DNA of 64,000 nt, from NCBI GenBank assembly GCA_043811375.1, contig JBDRNJ010000072.1, positions 32,001 to 96,000 of the forward strand. Direction: 5' to 3'. Under the pieces are notes generated by a model. That model ran no database searches and was not told where the DNA came from. It saw only the letters and a list, made by a program, of their open reading frames with translations. A program made the position numbers and the translations under genes. The stretch is from a bacterium (GTDB lineage Bacteria > Zixibacteria > MSB-5A5 > GN15 > FEB-12). This document shows positions 47,852-57,534 of this stretch, one piece after another; the first letter of the stretch is position 1, and the number at the start of each line of letters is the position of its first letter.

Positions 47852-49301
47852 GATCGTTTGCCCGTTGGCTGAGGCTGCCCGTGAGTACGGCAATCGAGAA
47901 GCGATAATTACCGACCTGCGCATCATCACCTATAGCGAATACGACCGCCAGGTCACTTACACTGCATCCCTGCTGAAAGAGAAAGGCGTCACTTCCGGTC
48001 ACCGGGTTGGTATTGTCCTGCCCAATTCCATAGAGTACCCGATTTTACTGGTGGCCCTGTATCGCCTCGGCGCCGTTGCCTGCCCGGTCAGCCAGCGCTG
48101 GCCGGCACGACTGACAGCCGATTATCTGGCCGGACTGGACTGTAGAACCATTATCACAGATACCGGTTCACAGGACCTTAAACCGTATCACAGGTTTGAT
48201 CTCATTGTCGTCGATGAGGTAGTCAACACCGGTCATCCAGCAGCATCATCATCGGTGCAACCAGCAACCATATCACTTGAACAAGCAGCCACAGTGATCG
48301 CCACCTCGGGGACCTCATCCCTGCCGAAAGCAGTGCTGCACTCTTACGACAACCATTACTTCAGCGCTATCGGTTCCAATATGAATATCACAGTGCGACC
48401 CGGTGATCGCTGGCTTTTGTCGCTGCCGTTGTACCATGTTGGCGGACTGGCAATCCTGTTTCGCACCATGTCTGGCGGCGGAGCGGTGGTGATGCCCAAC
48501 AGCGATACCGACCTGTCAGACAGTATCGAACGATACCTGGTGACGCATCTGTCACTCGTCCCGACACAGTTGCAGCACCTGCTGAAAACGGCCACTCCGA
48601 TAGATGTGATAAAGCGGCTTGCCGCCGTACTGGTTGGCGGCGCCCCCTTGCCGACCTCGCTGGTGGAACAGGCATACCAGGCTGGCCTGCCGCTTTACAC
48701 TACCTACGGCCTGACTGAGATGGCGTCACAGGTGACCACCACCCGCCCCGGCGATCCGCCGGACAAACTGCTGACATCCGGCACCACGCTCAAACACCGT
48801 CGGTTGAGGATTGCAGACGACGGTGAAATCCTGACTAAGGGAGATACCTTGTTTTTGGGTTATGTATCTCCGAACGGAATCAACTTACCCCTCGATAAAG
48901 ACGGCTGGTTCCACACCGGTGACCTGGGTGAAATAGACAACGACGGCTACCTGACGATCCACGGCCGCCGGGACAATATGTTCATCTCCGGCGGGGAGAA
49001 CATCCACCCCGAGCACCTCGAAGGCACGATGTCCCTTTTATCTTTTGTAGAAGAAGCAGTGGTGATACCGATTGCAGACTCCGAGTTCGGCCATCGCCCG
49101 GTGGCGGTGATCAGGACAGGGGATGGTCGAATCGTTCACAAAACCGATCTCATCCGACAACTTGAAGAGTTGGTCCCGCGTTTTATGATTCCGGTCGAAT
49201 TCTACTTCTGGCCGGATGCGATCCCGGACAGCGGCATCAAACCGGCCCGGTATCAATTGCGTCAGCTTCTGGAATCAGGAAAACTGACTGAAATCACATA
49301 A
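47844..49301 (+). CDS. menE: o-succinylbenzoate-CoA ligase
   Basis: TSGTSSLPKAV, LPLYHVGG, TYGLTE, WFHTGDLG, GRRDNMFISGGENI. Confidence 0.93.
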   Translation: MPEIVCPLAEAAREYGNREAIITDLRIITYSEYDRQVTYTASLLKEKGVTSGHRVGIVLPNSIEYPILLVALYRLGAVACPVSQRWPARLTADYLAGLDCRTIITDTGSQDLKPYHRFDLIVVDEVVNTGHPAASSSVQPATISLEQAATVIATSGTSSLPKAVLHSYDNHYFSAIGSNMNITVRPGDRWLLSLPLYHVGGLAILFRTMSGGGAVVMPNSDTDLSDSIERYLVTHLSLVPTQLQHLLKTATPIDVIKRLAAVLVGGAPLPTSLVEQAYQAGLPLYTTYGLTEMASQVTTTRPGDPPDKLLTSGTTLKHRRLRIADDGEILTKGDTLFLGYVSPNGINLPLDKDGWFHTGDLGEIDNDGYLTIHGRRDNMFISGGENIHPEHLEGTMSLLSFVEEAVVIPIADSEFGHRPVAVIRTGDGRIVHKTDLIRQLEELVPRFMIPVEFYFWPDAIPDSGIKPARYQLRQLLESGKLTEIT

Positions 49302-49698
49302 AATCTGTCAGCTTCCGCCTCAGATCATCAGGAAGGTCCACCTTACGACCATCTTTTTTGCTGGTAGCCACGTGAACTGTTTTGACGGTCGCGGCCACTT
49401 CGGCAGCGGCGTTTTTCAAAGAATACGACAGGTGAAATGATGTTTGTCCGATCTTCACCACCGTCAGCTCAACTGTCACCCTCTCCCCCAGCGGCAGCGG
49501 TTTTTTGTAGCCGGCCTCGGCATGGGCGATCAGCGGTCGAAAGTCGGTTTCTCTGATTATCCGACCAAAGTCAAATCCGATCGACTCCATAAAGGCTTCG
49601 TAGGCATCGTGCGCCAGACGGAAGTAGTTGCCGAAAAAGAGTATCCCGGCGGCGTCGGTGTCGGGCAACCATACCCGTGTATTGTGCGTATAGGTCAT
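49294..49698 (-). CDS. Hotdog-fold thioesterase, probable DHNA-CoA hydrolase
   Basis: DTDAAGILFF.NY 4HBT motif; convergent with and overlapping menE end. Confidence 0.8.
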   Translation of the reverse strand: MTYTHNTRVWLPDTDAAGILFFGNYFRLAHDAYEAFMESIGFDFGRIIRETDFRPLIAHAEAGYKKPLPLGERVTVELTVVKIGQTSFHLSYSLKNAAAEVAATVKTVHVATSKKDGRKVDLPDDLRRKLTDFM

Positions 49699-49829
49699 TT
49701 ATATGTTTCCCCTGTTGCGAACAAATTAGCGTGCCTCCACCTCACCCAATCATTATATTGGCTGCTAATGTAGAATGTTGTGAACAGATGTCCAAGTGCT
49801 AAATGTCAACTGATAAAGGAGAAACACAA

Positions 49830-51719
49830 GTGAACAGACACCCCCTCAGAAACGGATTGATCCTTTCGGCACTGATCCTCTGGGCGCTGGCGGCGCTGCC
49901 GGTACCGGCTGCCGACACGGGCGCCATACCGCAGCGGTCGGATATCGAGGATAAGTACAAGTGGAAACTTCAAGACATCTTCGCCGATGATGACGCCTGG
50001 GAAACGACCTTCACCTCACTCAAAGCCGGTATCGGTGGTTTCGAGAAATACGAGGGGCACCTGGGCGATTCACCACAAAACCTGCTGAACTGCCTTAGTC
50101 TGTCCGACAGCCTGGAACTGATCAGCGACAATCTGTATGTCTACGCCTACATGAAGCTCGATGAGGACAACCGCATCAGCAAATATCAGGAGATGGGCGA
50201 TCGTATTTCAGGACTGAACGCTGAGCTTTCAGCCGCACAGTCGTTTATCGAGCCGGAGATTCTGGCGCTGGACAGCGAACAATTGCAGTCGTTTCTGAGC
50301 GATGAGGCAGCTCTGGAGATATATCGGTTCCATCTGGAAGACCTGATGCGCAAGAAAAAGCACATTTTATCGGACAAGGAAGAGGCCCTGCTGGCGCTGG
50401 CTGATCCGGTCATCGGCTCTTGTTCGCGGATTTTTACCATGCTCGACGATGCCGACATCTCCTACGGTTCGATCTTTGACAGCGACAGCAACGAAGTGGA
50501 ATTGACCAAGCAGCGTTACTACCGTCTCCTGGAGTCAAGCGATCGACGTGTGCGCCGCGACGCCAGCGAGGCTTACAACAACGCCTACCTGGGTTACGTC
50601 AACACACTGGCAGCGACTCTCTCAGCTTCAGTCAAACGGGATTACTTCCTGATGAAGGCCAGAGGGTACAACAGTTGCCTGGAGATGTCGCTGGACCGTT
50701 ACCATATCCCGGTGACGGTATACCACAACCTGATTGAGGCGGTCAATACCAATCTGTCGTCGCTGCACCGGTTGACCGCCCTGCGCAAACGGATCCTGGG
50801 CTGTGACACCCTGTACAAATACGATATGTACGTCCCGCTTGTGCCCCGATCCCGGGAGAACTACCCGTACGAGGAAGCCAAGAAAATAGTCCTCAACGGC
50901 CTGAAACCACTGGGCGAGAAATACCTGGCCGAATTTGAGAACGGGCTCAACGGCGGCTGGATAGATGTCTTCGAAACCGAGGGTAAAGGCTCCGGCGGTT
51001 ACCAGTGGGGCTCCTACGGTACCCACCCCTATATTCTGCTTAACCACAGCGGGTCTCTGATGGATGTGTTCACTATTGCTCACGAGATGGGTCACGCACT
51101 GCATACGGAATTTACCAACCGCAACGAACCGTATGTCTACAGCAATTACTCACTGTTCATTGCCGAGGTCGGCTCCACCTGTAACGAGGCGTTGCTGATG
51201 AAGTACTTGCTGGAGCAGGCCGGGAGCAAGCAGGAGAAAATGGCCCTGCTGAGCTACTACATTGAGCAGATTGTCGGGACTTTCTTCACCCAGGTGATGT
51301 TCGCGGAGTTTGAACTGGCCATCCACGAACGGGTCGAAAACGGTCAGGCGCTGTCGGCCGATTACATGCGGCAGACTTACCGCGACATATATGAGAAATA
51401 CTGGGGACCGGAACTGGTTCTGGATGAGACCGGCGACCTGGGCTGCCTGCGGATCAGCCATTTCTACCGGCAGTATTATGTTTACGAGTATGCTACCGGC
51501 TATGCGGCGGCGCAGGCAATGTCACAACGGATTCTGGAAGGCAAAGAAGGTTATCTTGACACCTACTTCAAGTTCCTGTCTACCGGTACATCGAAATATC
51601 CCGTCGATATACTTAAAGACGCCGGGGTTGACATGACGACACCCGACCCGGTCGACCGGACACTGGCGCTGTTCGGCGAACTGGTCGATGAAATGGAACG
51701 CCTGCTGGACGAGAGCTGA
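49830..51719 (+). CDS. pepF: Oligoendopeptidase F (M3B) with signal peptide
   Basis: KW.L.DIF, WIDV....GK.SG.Y, HPYILLN, HEMGH, AEV.ST.NE, HFY; GTG start after AAGGAG. Confidence 0.94.
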   Translation: MNRHPLRNGLILSALILWALAALPVPAADTGAIPQRSDIEDKYKWKLQDIFADDDAWETTFTSLKAGIGGFEKYEGHLGDSPQNLLNCLSLSDSLELISDNLYVYAYMKLDEDNRISKYQEMGDRISGLNAELSAAQSFIEPEILALDSEQLQSFLSDEAALEIYRFHLEDLMRKKKHILSDKEEALLALADPVIGSCSRIFTMLDDADISYGSIFDSDSNEVELTKQRYYRLLESSDRRVRRDASEAYNNAYLGYVNTLAATLSASVKRDYFLMKARGYNSCLEMSLDRYHIPVTVYHNLIEAVNTNLSSLHRLTALRKRILGCDTLYKYDMYVPLVPRSRENYPYEEAKKIVLNGLKPLGEKYLAEFENGLNGGWIDVFETEGKGSGGYQWGSYGTHPYILLNHSGSLMDVFTIAHEMGHALHTEFTNRNEPYVYSNYSLFIAEVGSTCNEALLMKYLLEQAGSKQEKMALLSYYIEQIVGTFFTQVMFAEFELAIHERVENGQALSADYMRQTYRDIYEKYWGPELVLDETGDLGCLRISHFYRQYYVYEYATGYAAAQAMSQRILEGKEGYLDTYFKFLSTGTSKYPVDILKDAGVDMTTPDPVDRTLALFGELVDEMERLLDES

Positions 51720-51742
51720 TTTCGGTCACGACAGTGACACCA

Positions 51743-51774
51743 AAGCCGGCGGCTGATACCGCCGGCTTGTTTTT
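51743..51774 (+). terminator. Rho-independent terminator of pepF
   Basis: AAGCCGGCGG-ctgata-CCGCCGGCTT followed by T-run. Confidence 0.85.
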
Positions 51775-51967
51775 GCACGATAGTTGTAACTATCCGGACC
51801 AAATTCCATATCCGGTGCTACCAACTTCACCGTAACGAGCAGTTGGGTGGTGCTCTGTTTTGAATTCTGGCATTATGCCAGTTGGCATTCTACTTGTGTG
51901 TACAGAAAATGGGTAGCGGGTCACTTTCAATCATTCGGTCAGGTCATGCGGCGCAGCCGCGTGACCG

Positions 51968-52000
51968 AAAAAAAAGCGCGGCCATCATGATGACCGCGCT
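51968..52000 (-). terminator. Rho-independent terminator of histone-like gene
   Basis: AGCGCGG...CCGCGCT stem next to an A8 tract on + strand. Confidence 0.75.
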
Positions 52001-52018
52001 CACAGAAATACGTTAAGT

Positions 52019-52207
52019 CTATTTCCGTTTCTTCTTATGGAGCGAGCAGTTCATGCTCTTTCCGTCAGTGAAACGCTTGCACCTCTTGCCGTCTTTGGTC
52101 TTAGCGACGCAACGAACTTTCTTTGTCGCTACCTTTCTCTTGACCGGCTTTTTGGCTGCTTTTTTCTTAGCAGGCTTCTTGACTGCTTTCTTTTTCGCTT
52201 TGCGCAT
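52019..52207 (-). CDS. Small Lys/Ala-rich basic protein with C-x9-C-x10-C-x2-H tail
   Basis: KKAVKKPAKKKAAKK repeats; GGAGG RBS; own terminator. Confidence 0.8.
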   Translation of the reverse strand: MRKAKKKAVKKPAKKKAAKKPVKRKVATKKVRCVAKTKDGKRCKRFTDGKSMNCSLHKKKRK

Positions 52208-52341
52208 CAAAGTTCCTCCATCCTAAGTTTGGACACATCAAAAAACACACCTGTTGAAAGTTTGTCAAGAAAAAAAACTTCCCTCATAAAATAAATCGTG
52301 CACGCCTTCCGAACGGACGCATCCGCGACAGCACACCCTCT

Positions 52342-54858
52342 TCACCTGCGTCCGGTCCGGGCACGAGCGGCCGCAGTTCTATCGGAGGATGCGTCGGGAT
52401 ATTCGTCATTATCACGCTTGTCTCGTCCGAACCGCTGCAGTGTCAGCGCCATCTCCTTCAGGCGTTCATCAACAGCAGCCATCACAGATCCTTTGGTGAA
52501 ATTACCCCTGCTGGTGCGACGTCCGGCCGGTACACCGGTAAGAACCTCGATTCCTTCATCAATAGTCTTGATGGGATAAATGTGAAAGGTCCCTTTATCA
52601 ACGGCTTCAATCACGTCCGGACGCAGCAACAGGTCGGCCACATTCTGGTGCGGGATAATGACGCCCTGGTCACCGGAAAGCTTGCGGCTGCTGCAAACAT
52701 CAAAGAATCCTTCAATCTTCTCATTGACGCCACCGATCGGCTGGATTTCTCCTTTTTGGTTCATCGATCCGGTCACAGCCAGGCTCTGTTTAATGGGAAT
52801 GTTACTCAATGACGACAAAATAGCGTAAATCTCCGTTGAGCTGGCGGAGTCTCCATCAACACCACTGTAGGATTGCTCAAACGTCAGTGACGCTGACATC
52901 ACCAGCGGTTTATCCTGGGCGAACATCTGTCGCAGGTAACCGCTGAGCACCAGCACACCTTTGTTATGAATGGGACCGGACAGGTCGGCTTCGCGTTCGA
53001 TATTGATCACTCCAGCACGGCCCAGAGCGGTACTGGCGGTGATACGTGTTGGTCGGCCAAAAGCATACTCTCCATAGTTGTACACCGACAGTCCGTTTAT
53101 TTGTCCTACTGCCGACCCGGCAGTGGAAACCATCAGGCTGTTGTTGTCAAACATTTCCTGGATCTTGTCCTCAACCAGGTTAACGCGAGTTCGTCGCAGC
53201 TTGACGGCAGTATGAACATCACGACGCAGGACGCGATTCGCTCCTCGATCGCGGGCACAGAATGCCGCCTCCCGGATGATATCCGAAATCAAGGAGAATC
53301 TGGTGGTAAGTTTCCGTCGTCGTCCGGAATGCCGCATACCGTACTCGGCCACAGCCTGCATCCCGGACAGATCGAATATCGGCAAGTGTTCTTCCTGGAC
53401 AAGGCGTCGGATAAAGGTGAAGTAACTGCGCAAATTGGTTTTATTGGCCGACATAACGCTGTCAAATTCCGCTTTGACCTTAAATACTTTCTTGAAGTCT
53501 TCGTCCAGTTGCCACAATAGATGATACGTTCGCGGCTCACCGACCAGTACCACCTTGACATCGAGGGGGACCTCTTCCGGTTTGATTCCGGAACCAGCCA
53601 TCATGTAAAAGGGATCAAAACCGGTGATTTCGATAGTGCGGTTTCTCAGGGCTCGCTTGAGATGTAACCAGACGCCCGGCTCGGTAAGCACGTCCATAGC
53701 CCGCGCTATCAGGAAACCGCCGGAGGCCTGCATCAGTGAGCCGCCGAAGATACGGGTGAAGTCGGTGCGCCAGTACCCGAAGCGATCGACGACTCGTTCC
53801 AGTGAGCCGAAGAGATTCTTGTATGAGGGTGATTGCTCCATTATGATCGGTACTCGATCGGTTTCGGCGTTGTCCAGAATAAGATTGATGGAAAACTCTT
53901 CAAACGGTTCCCGCTTGCGGTAGGGTGGCGGTTCCGTTTCACCGCGTCGTGGCTGTGCCTCCCGGAAGCGGTCCAGGTCACTCAACAGCGCCTCCTCTGC
54001 TTCGTCCAGATAGCTTTCCACCTTTTTATCGGGGTAGCGTTTTTTCAATACGTTCAGCTTTTCGGAAATCAGCGGTGCTATCATCGAGTAATCGAGCTTC
54101 TCCAGAGCATCTTCCATCTTGCCGGTCAGTTTCTTTGACTCCACGGAGGTGGCATCGAAATCCCGCCTCAGGCTGTCCCACTGACGGCGTAGTTCGTCCA
54201 GCCGGGCCAGGGAGAACTTGCCGTCGCGCGCCAGTTGTTCCAGTCGCTCCAATGAGATCGGTTCTTCATCGATTATGGGCTGGATTTCGTTGCGGACACC
54301 CATCCCGGACTGGATCTGCACCATCACAAACCCGGCCTTGGTCAATCTCTCCTCAAAGGCGTGAATCAGCTCTTTCTGGCGGTTATCAAACTCGCGGGTG
54401 ATGCGGTTGGTGCGGTCCTTGTAATCTTCAGACAGGTATATCTTGGGGACCGCTTTGCGGATGGAACTGATCTGGTAACCCATGTCTTTCTTGAAACGAC
54501 GACCGTCACCTGCCCTGAAGGTCAGAATACGGGGGTTGTCTTCGTTCTTGAAGTTGTTGACGTAACAAATGTCGGCCAGGTTTGGTGTTCCGTGATCGAG
54601 TTGCTTCAGAAGATGCCGCACTGCTGAAATGCGGCCGGTTCCGGCCGGACCGGTAACGAAAATATTGTATCCGGCACTTCTGACATTCAGTCCCGTGCGA
54701 AAGGCATCCATCGCCCGCTTCTGTCCAATAATACCCGAACAGGGAGAAACATCGTCCGACGTCCTGACTGCTTTAGGCTGGTAATCGATGCTATAATCCA
54801 GGTTGCTGCTGGTGAGTTCTCGGTGTCGCTTGCGTGTCGCCTTTTTCGTGGCCGGCAT
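52342..54858 (-). CDS. Lon-like (LonB/LonC-type) protease
   Basis: IIGQ.RA, GPAGTGR, VGQINGLSV, DGDSAS (Ser) and GGVNEKIEG (Lys); start at ATG 54858 after GGAGG. Confidence 0.92.
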   Translation of the reverse strand: MPATKKATRKRHRELTSSNLDYSIDYQPKAVRTSDDVSPCSGIIGQKRAMDAFRTGLNVRSAGYNIFVTGPAGTGRISAVRHLLKQLDHGTPNLADICYVNNFKNEDNPRILTFRAGDGRRFKKDMGYQISSIRKAVPKIYLSEDYKDRTNRITREFDNRQKELIHAFEERLTKAGFVMVQIQSGMGVRNEIQPIIDEEPISLERLEQLARDGKFSLARLDELRRQWDSLRRDFDATSVESKKLTGKMEDALEKLDYSMIAPLISEKLNVLKKRYPDKKVESYLDEAEEALLSDLDRFREAQPRRGETEPPPYRKREPFEEFSINLILDNAETDRVPIIMEQSPSYKNLFGSLERVVDRFGYWRTDFTRIFGGSLMQASGGFLIARAMDVLTEPGVWLHLKRALRNRTIEITGFDPFYMMAGSGIKPEEVPLDVKVVLVGEPRTYHLLWQLDEDFKKVFKVKAEFDSVMSANKTNLRSYFTFIRRLVQEEHLPIFDLSGMQAVAEYGMRHSGRRRKLTTRFSLISDIIREAAFCARDRGANRVLRRDVHTAVKLRRTRVNLVEDKIQEMFDNNSLMVSTAGSAVGQINGLSVYNYGEYAFGRPTRITASTALGRAGVINIEREADLSGPIHNKGVLVLSGYLRQMFAQDKPLVMSASLTFEQSYSGVDGDSASSTEIYAILSSLSNIPIKQSLAVTGSMNQKGEIQPIGGVNEKIEGFFDVCSSRKLSGDQGVIIPHQNVADLLLRPDVIEAVDKGTFHIYPIKTIDEGIEVLTGVPAGRRTSRGNFTKGSVMAAVDERLKEMALTLQRFGRDKRDNDEYPDASSDRTAAARARTGRR

Positions 54859-55096
54859 AGGTACCTCCGTTAACATGATCGATTGAGCCGGAATATACCT
54901 GATGACGACCACCAAACAAGAGAAAAACCGCGAGTTGGGCCGCATCTTATTCTCTCGTATCGGCTTGCCCTGATGTCCGACCCGGTGGCCGGTCATAATA
55001 TTATCAGTTGACAAACCCCGGGGGGCAAACGTTTATTGTCTGTTGTATTGGGAGATGTGTATCCGGTTGCCTGTGGACCGGCTATAAAATGAGGAA

Positions 55097-55771
55097 ATGT
55101 TAACGTCTGAGGATATGGGAATGACTAAGGGATCAATTGCACTGGCCATTGTGATTCTGCTGGCGGTTAATTTTACTGCCGTGGCTCAGGATGAAGAGCG
55201 TGATGTTGTGGAGATGACCTTTTTCGGCGGATTTGGTATTCCCGGCAGTGGTGTGTCGGAATGGGTAACCCAAGGCTACGAACGGGCTGCCGAGACCGGA
55301 TTCGATATGGGCCTTGAAGCCGGCTGGTTCGTCAGATCGAATTTTGTTGTGGGTGTGAACATCACATACACGGAATTCGGTATCGATGACACCGCGGAAT
55401 CGTCGCATAATCACCGTCTTTACAATCCCAGCATCTATGCCAAGCTGTTATTTGAGGGAGAGTCCAACTGGACACCGTATCTCAAGGGCCACCTCGGTTT
55501 GGATAATGCCAAGTTCTCAACGAAAGTAACCAACCCGGCGGGCGGACGCTACCGCGAGATTTCCTACGAACCGGCAATCGCGATGGGTGTCGGCGCCGGT
55601 TTGATATATTACACGGCCTACTATAGTGCCCTATTCATCGAGGTTAACTACCATACTGCCATGACCGAAAAGGCTGAGGCAACATATCTGGATACCCAAT
55701 ACGAGTTCGGGGAAAACCTGGCCACATATGATATCCACGCCGGTATCCGCCTCGTTTTCAGCAAAGATTGA
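55097..55771 (+). CDS. Outer-membrane beta-barrel protein (OmpA/OmpW-like 8-strand)
   Basis: Signal peptide, alternating beta strands, 'TPYL.G..G', 'AGIRLVF' end. Confidence 0.75.
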   Translation: MLTSEDMGMTKGSIALAIVILLAVNFTAVAQDEERDVVEMTFFGGFGIPGSGVSEWVTQGYERAAETGFDMGLEAGWFVRSNFVVGVNITYTEFGIDDTAESSHNHRLYNPSIYAKLLFEGESNWTPYLKGHLGLDNAKFSTKVTNPAGGRYREISYEPAIAMGVGAGLIYYTAYYSALFIEVNYHTAMTEKAEATYLDTQYEFGENLATYDIHAGIRLVFSKD

Positions 55772-55793
55772 CGAAAGCACCGAGACAAAGTGT

Positions 55794-55823
55794 AACCCGC
55801 CCTTTAATGGGGCGGGTTTTTTT
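55794..55823 (+). terminator. Rho-independent terminator
   Basis: AACCCGCCC-tttaatg-GGGCGGGTT plus T-run. Confidence 0.85.
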
Positions 55824-55861
55824 CTGTTTGCCCTCGCGATTAGCGCCCCTTAGCTTGAGGC

Positions 55862-57214
55862 ATGTCTCAGGTCAGACTGCTTATTGTTGACGACGAGCCC
55901 GGCCAGCGGGATTTGCTCTCAGGGTTTCTGTCCAAAAAAGGGTATGAGACACACGTGGCCGGTGATGCCAACGAAGCAATGGAACAATACCACCGGGTTT
56001 TTGCTCCGGTCGCCGTCGTAGACATGAAAATGCCCGGTATGGATGGCCTGCAGTTACTGACCAAACTTCGCGAGATCAACCCCTTCATACAGGTCATCGT
56101 GCTGACTGCATTCGGCTCGGTGGAGACGGCGGTGGCAGCTATGAAGGCCGGGGCGTTTGACTACCTCACGAAACCGGTCGAGGACCTGGACGAACTGCTG
56201 CTGAAACTGGAAAAAGCCGCCGCCCAGAACCGGCTGGTGGTGGACCACCAGGTGATGACCGAGCGACTGGCTGAGATATTCCCCACAACCGAGATAATCG
56301 GCGAATCCGACGCCATCCGGAAAGTCAAAGAGATGATTTCCCTGGTGGCGCCGAAAGATGCCACGGTGTTGATCACGGGACCGTCCGGAACCGGCAAGGA
56401 GCTGGTGGCGCGGGCTATCCATGCCCTGTCGCCCCGGGCTGAGAAACGGCTGGTAGCCATAAACTGTGCGGCCTTTCCGGAGACTCTTTTGGAATCGGAA
56501 CTGTTCGGCTACGAGAAGGGTGCTTTTACGGGTGCGGACAAGACCAAACAGGGACGATTCGAGCTGGCTGACGGCGGCACCCTGCTGCTGGACGAAATCG
56601 CCGAAATGCCGCCGACCATGCAGGTCAAACTGCTGCGGGTTCTGGAGGAACGGAAGATCGAGAGGCTGGGATCAGTCAAGGAGATTGATCTCGACATTCG
56701 CATCCTGGCCGCCACCAACCGGGATCTGGTGAAACTGGTACCCGAGGGCAGGTTCCGCGAAGACCTGTTTTACCGGCTGAACGTCATTATGATCGACATC
56801 CCGCCGCTGGCTGAAAGAACCGGCGATATCCTGCTGTTAGCCGAGAAGTTTATCGAGAAGTTCTCGCGCAAGGTCGGCAAGGATATCAAGGGCATCGACG
56901 CTATGGCGGCCGAACTCCTGATCGGTTACACCTGGCCCGGCAATGTGCGTGAGTTGGAGAACGTTATCGAACGAGCGGTCGTGCTGACACGCTCGGATCA
57001 GATCACGAAGAGCGATCTCTCCGGGTTGACTTCGAAATCAAACGCTGTCATGGCTGCCGGGGTTGTCATGCCGCTGGCTGATGTTGAGAAGCAGCACATC
57101 AAGTATTGTCTCGATCAGTTGAACTGGTCTGTCGGTCAGTGCGCCGAGAAGCTCGGCATCCACAGAAACACGCTGCGGACGAAGATCAAAGAGTATGGGC
57201 TGAAGCGGGAATGA
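55862..57214 (+). CDS. Sigma54-dependent response regulator (NtrC/AtoC family), no adjacent kinase
   Basis: REC + GTGKE, ESELFG.EKGAFTGA, WPGNVREL + HTH. Confidence 0.94.
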   Translation: MSQVRLLIVDDEPGQRDLLSGFLSKKGYETHVAGDANEAMEQYHRVFAPVAVVDMKMPGMDGLQLLTKLREINPFIQVIVLTAFGSVETAVAAMKAGAFDYLTKPVEDLDELLLKLEKAAAQNRLVVDHQVMTERLAEIFPTTEIIGESDAIRKVKEMISLVAPKDATVLITGPSGTGKELVARAIHALSPRAEKRLVAINCAAFPETLLESELFGYEKGAFTGADKTKQGRFELADGGTLLLDEIAEMPPTMQVKLLRVLEERKIERLGSVKEIDLDIRILAATNRDLVKLVPEGRFREDLFYRLNVIMIDIPPLAERTGDILLLAEKFIEKFSRKVGKDIKGIDAMAAELLIGYTWPGNVRELENVIERAVVLTRSDQITKSDLSGLTSKSNAVMAAGVVMPLADVEKQHIKYCLDQLNWSVGQCAEKLGIHRNTLRTKIKEYGLKRE

Positions 57215-57316
57215 ATCGGGTTCGACGGTTTGTGACCGGGTATTCTTCAGATTGTCCGGACGGATAGCTTGTGGGGTCTGAAGATGTTGTTCCATAAGGT
57301 AACGACTCTGGGCCGC

Positions 57317-57520
57317 GTAGAGTGGGGGCTTGTCTCCCACCAATAGAAGTGGCGATGCCACTGATTTGTCAATGGCGTTGCCCGTCGGCGGACATAAAGC
57401 CCGCCGCTACGCGAAGTTGGTAAGTCGTGATTTCGTATAGTTAAAAGGTGCCGGGGTTCTCATAAGAGACGGTGTCGAGTTTCTCATAAGTGTGGCTATG
57501 CCACCGGAACCCGACCTGCG
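57317..57520. repeat. Cluster of GTAG-type REP-like palindromes
   Basis: GTAGAGTGGGGG-cttg-TCTCCCACC on + and GTAGCGGCGGGC-tttat-GTCCGCC on -, facing each other; a further GCAGGTCGGGTTC unit near 57508-57520. Confidence 0.55.
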
Positions 57521-57534
57521 ACCCCTCTCCCCCG

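Noticed and set aside
51882..51897. Sigma54-like TTGGCATTCTACTTGT motif
   Set aside because: The -12 GC is imperfect and there is no downstream plus-strand gene.
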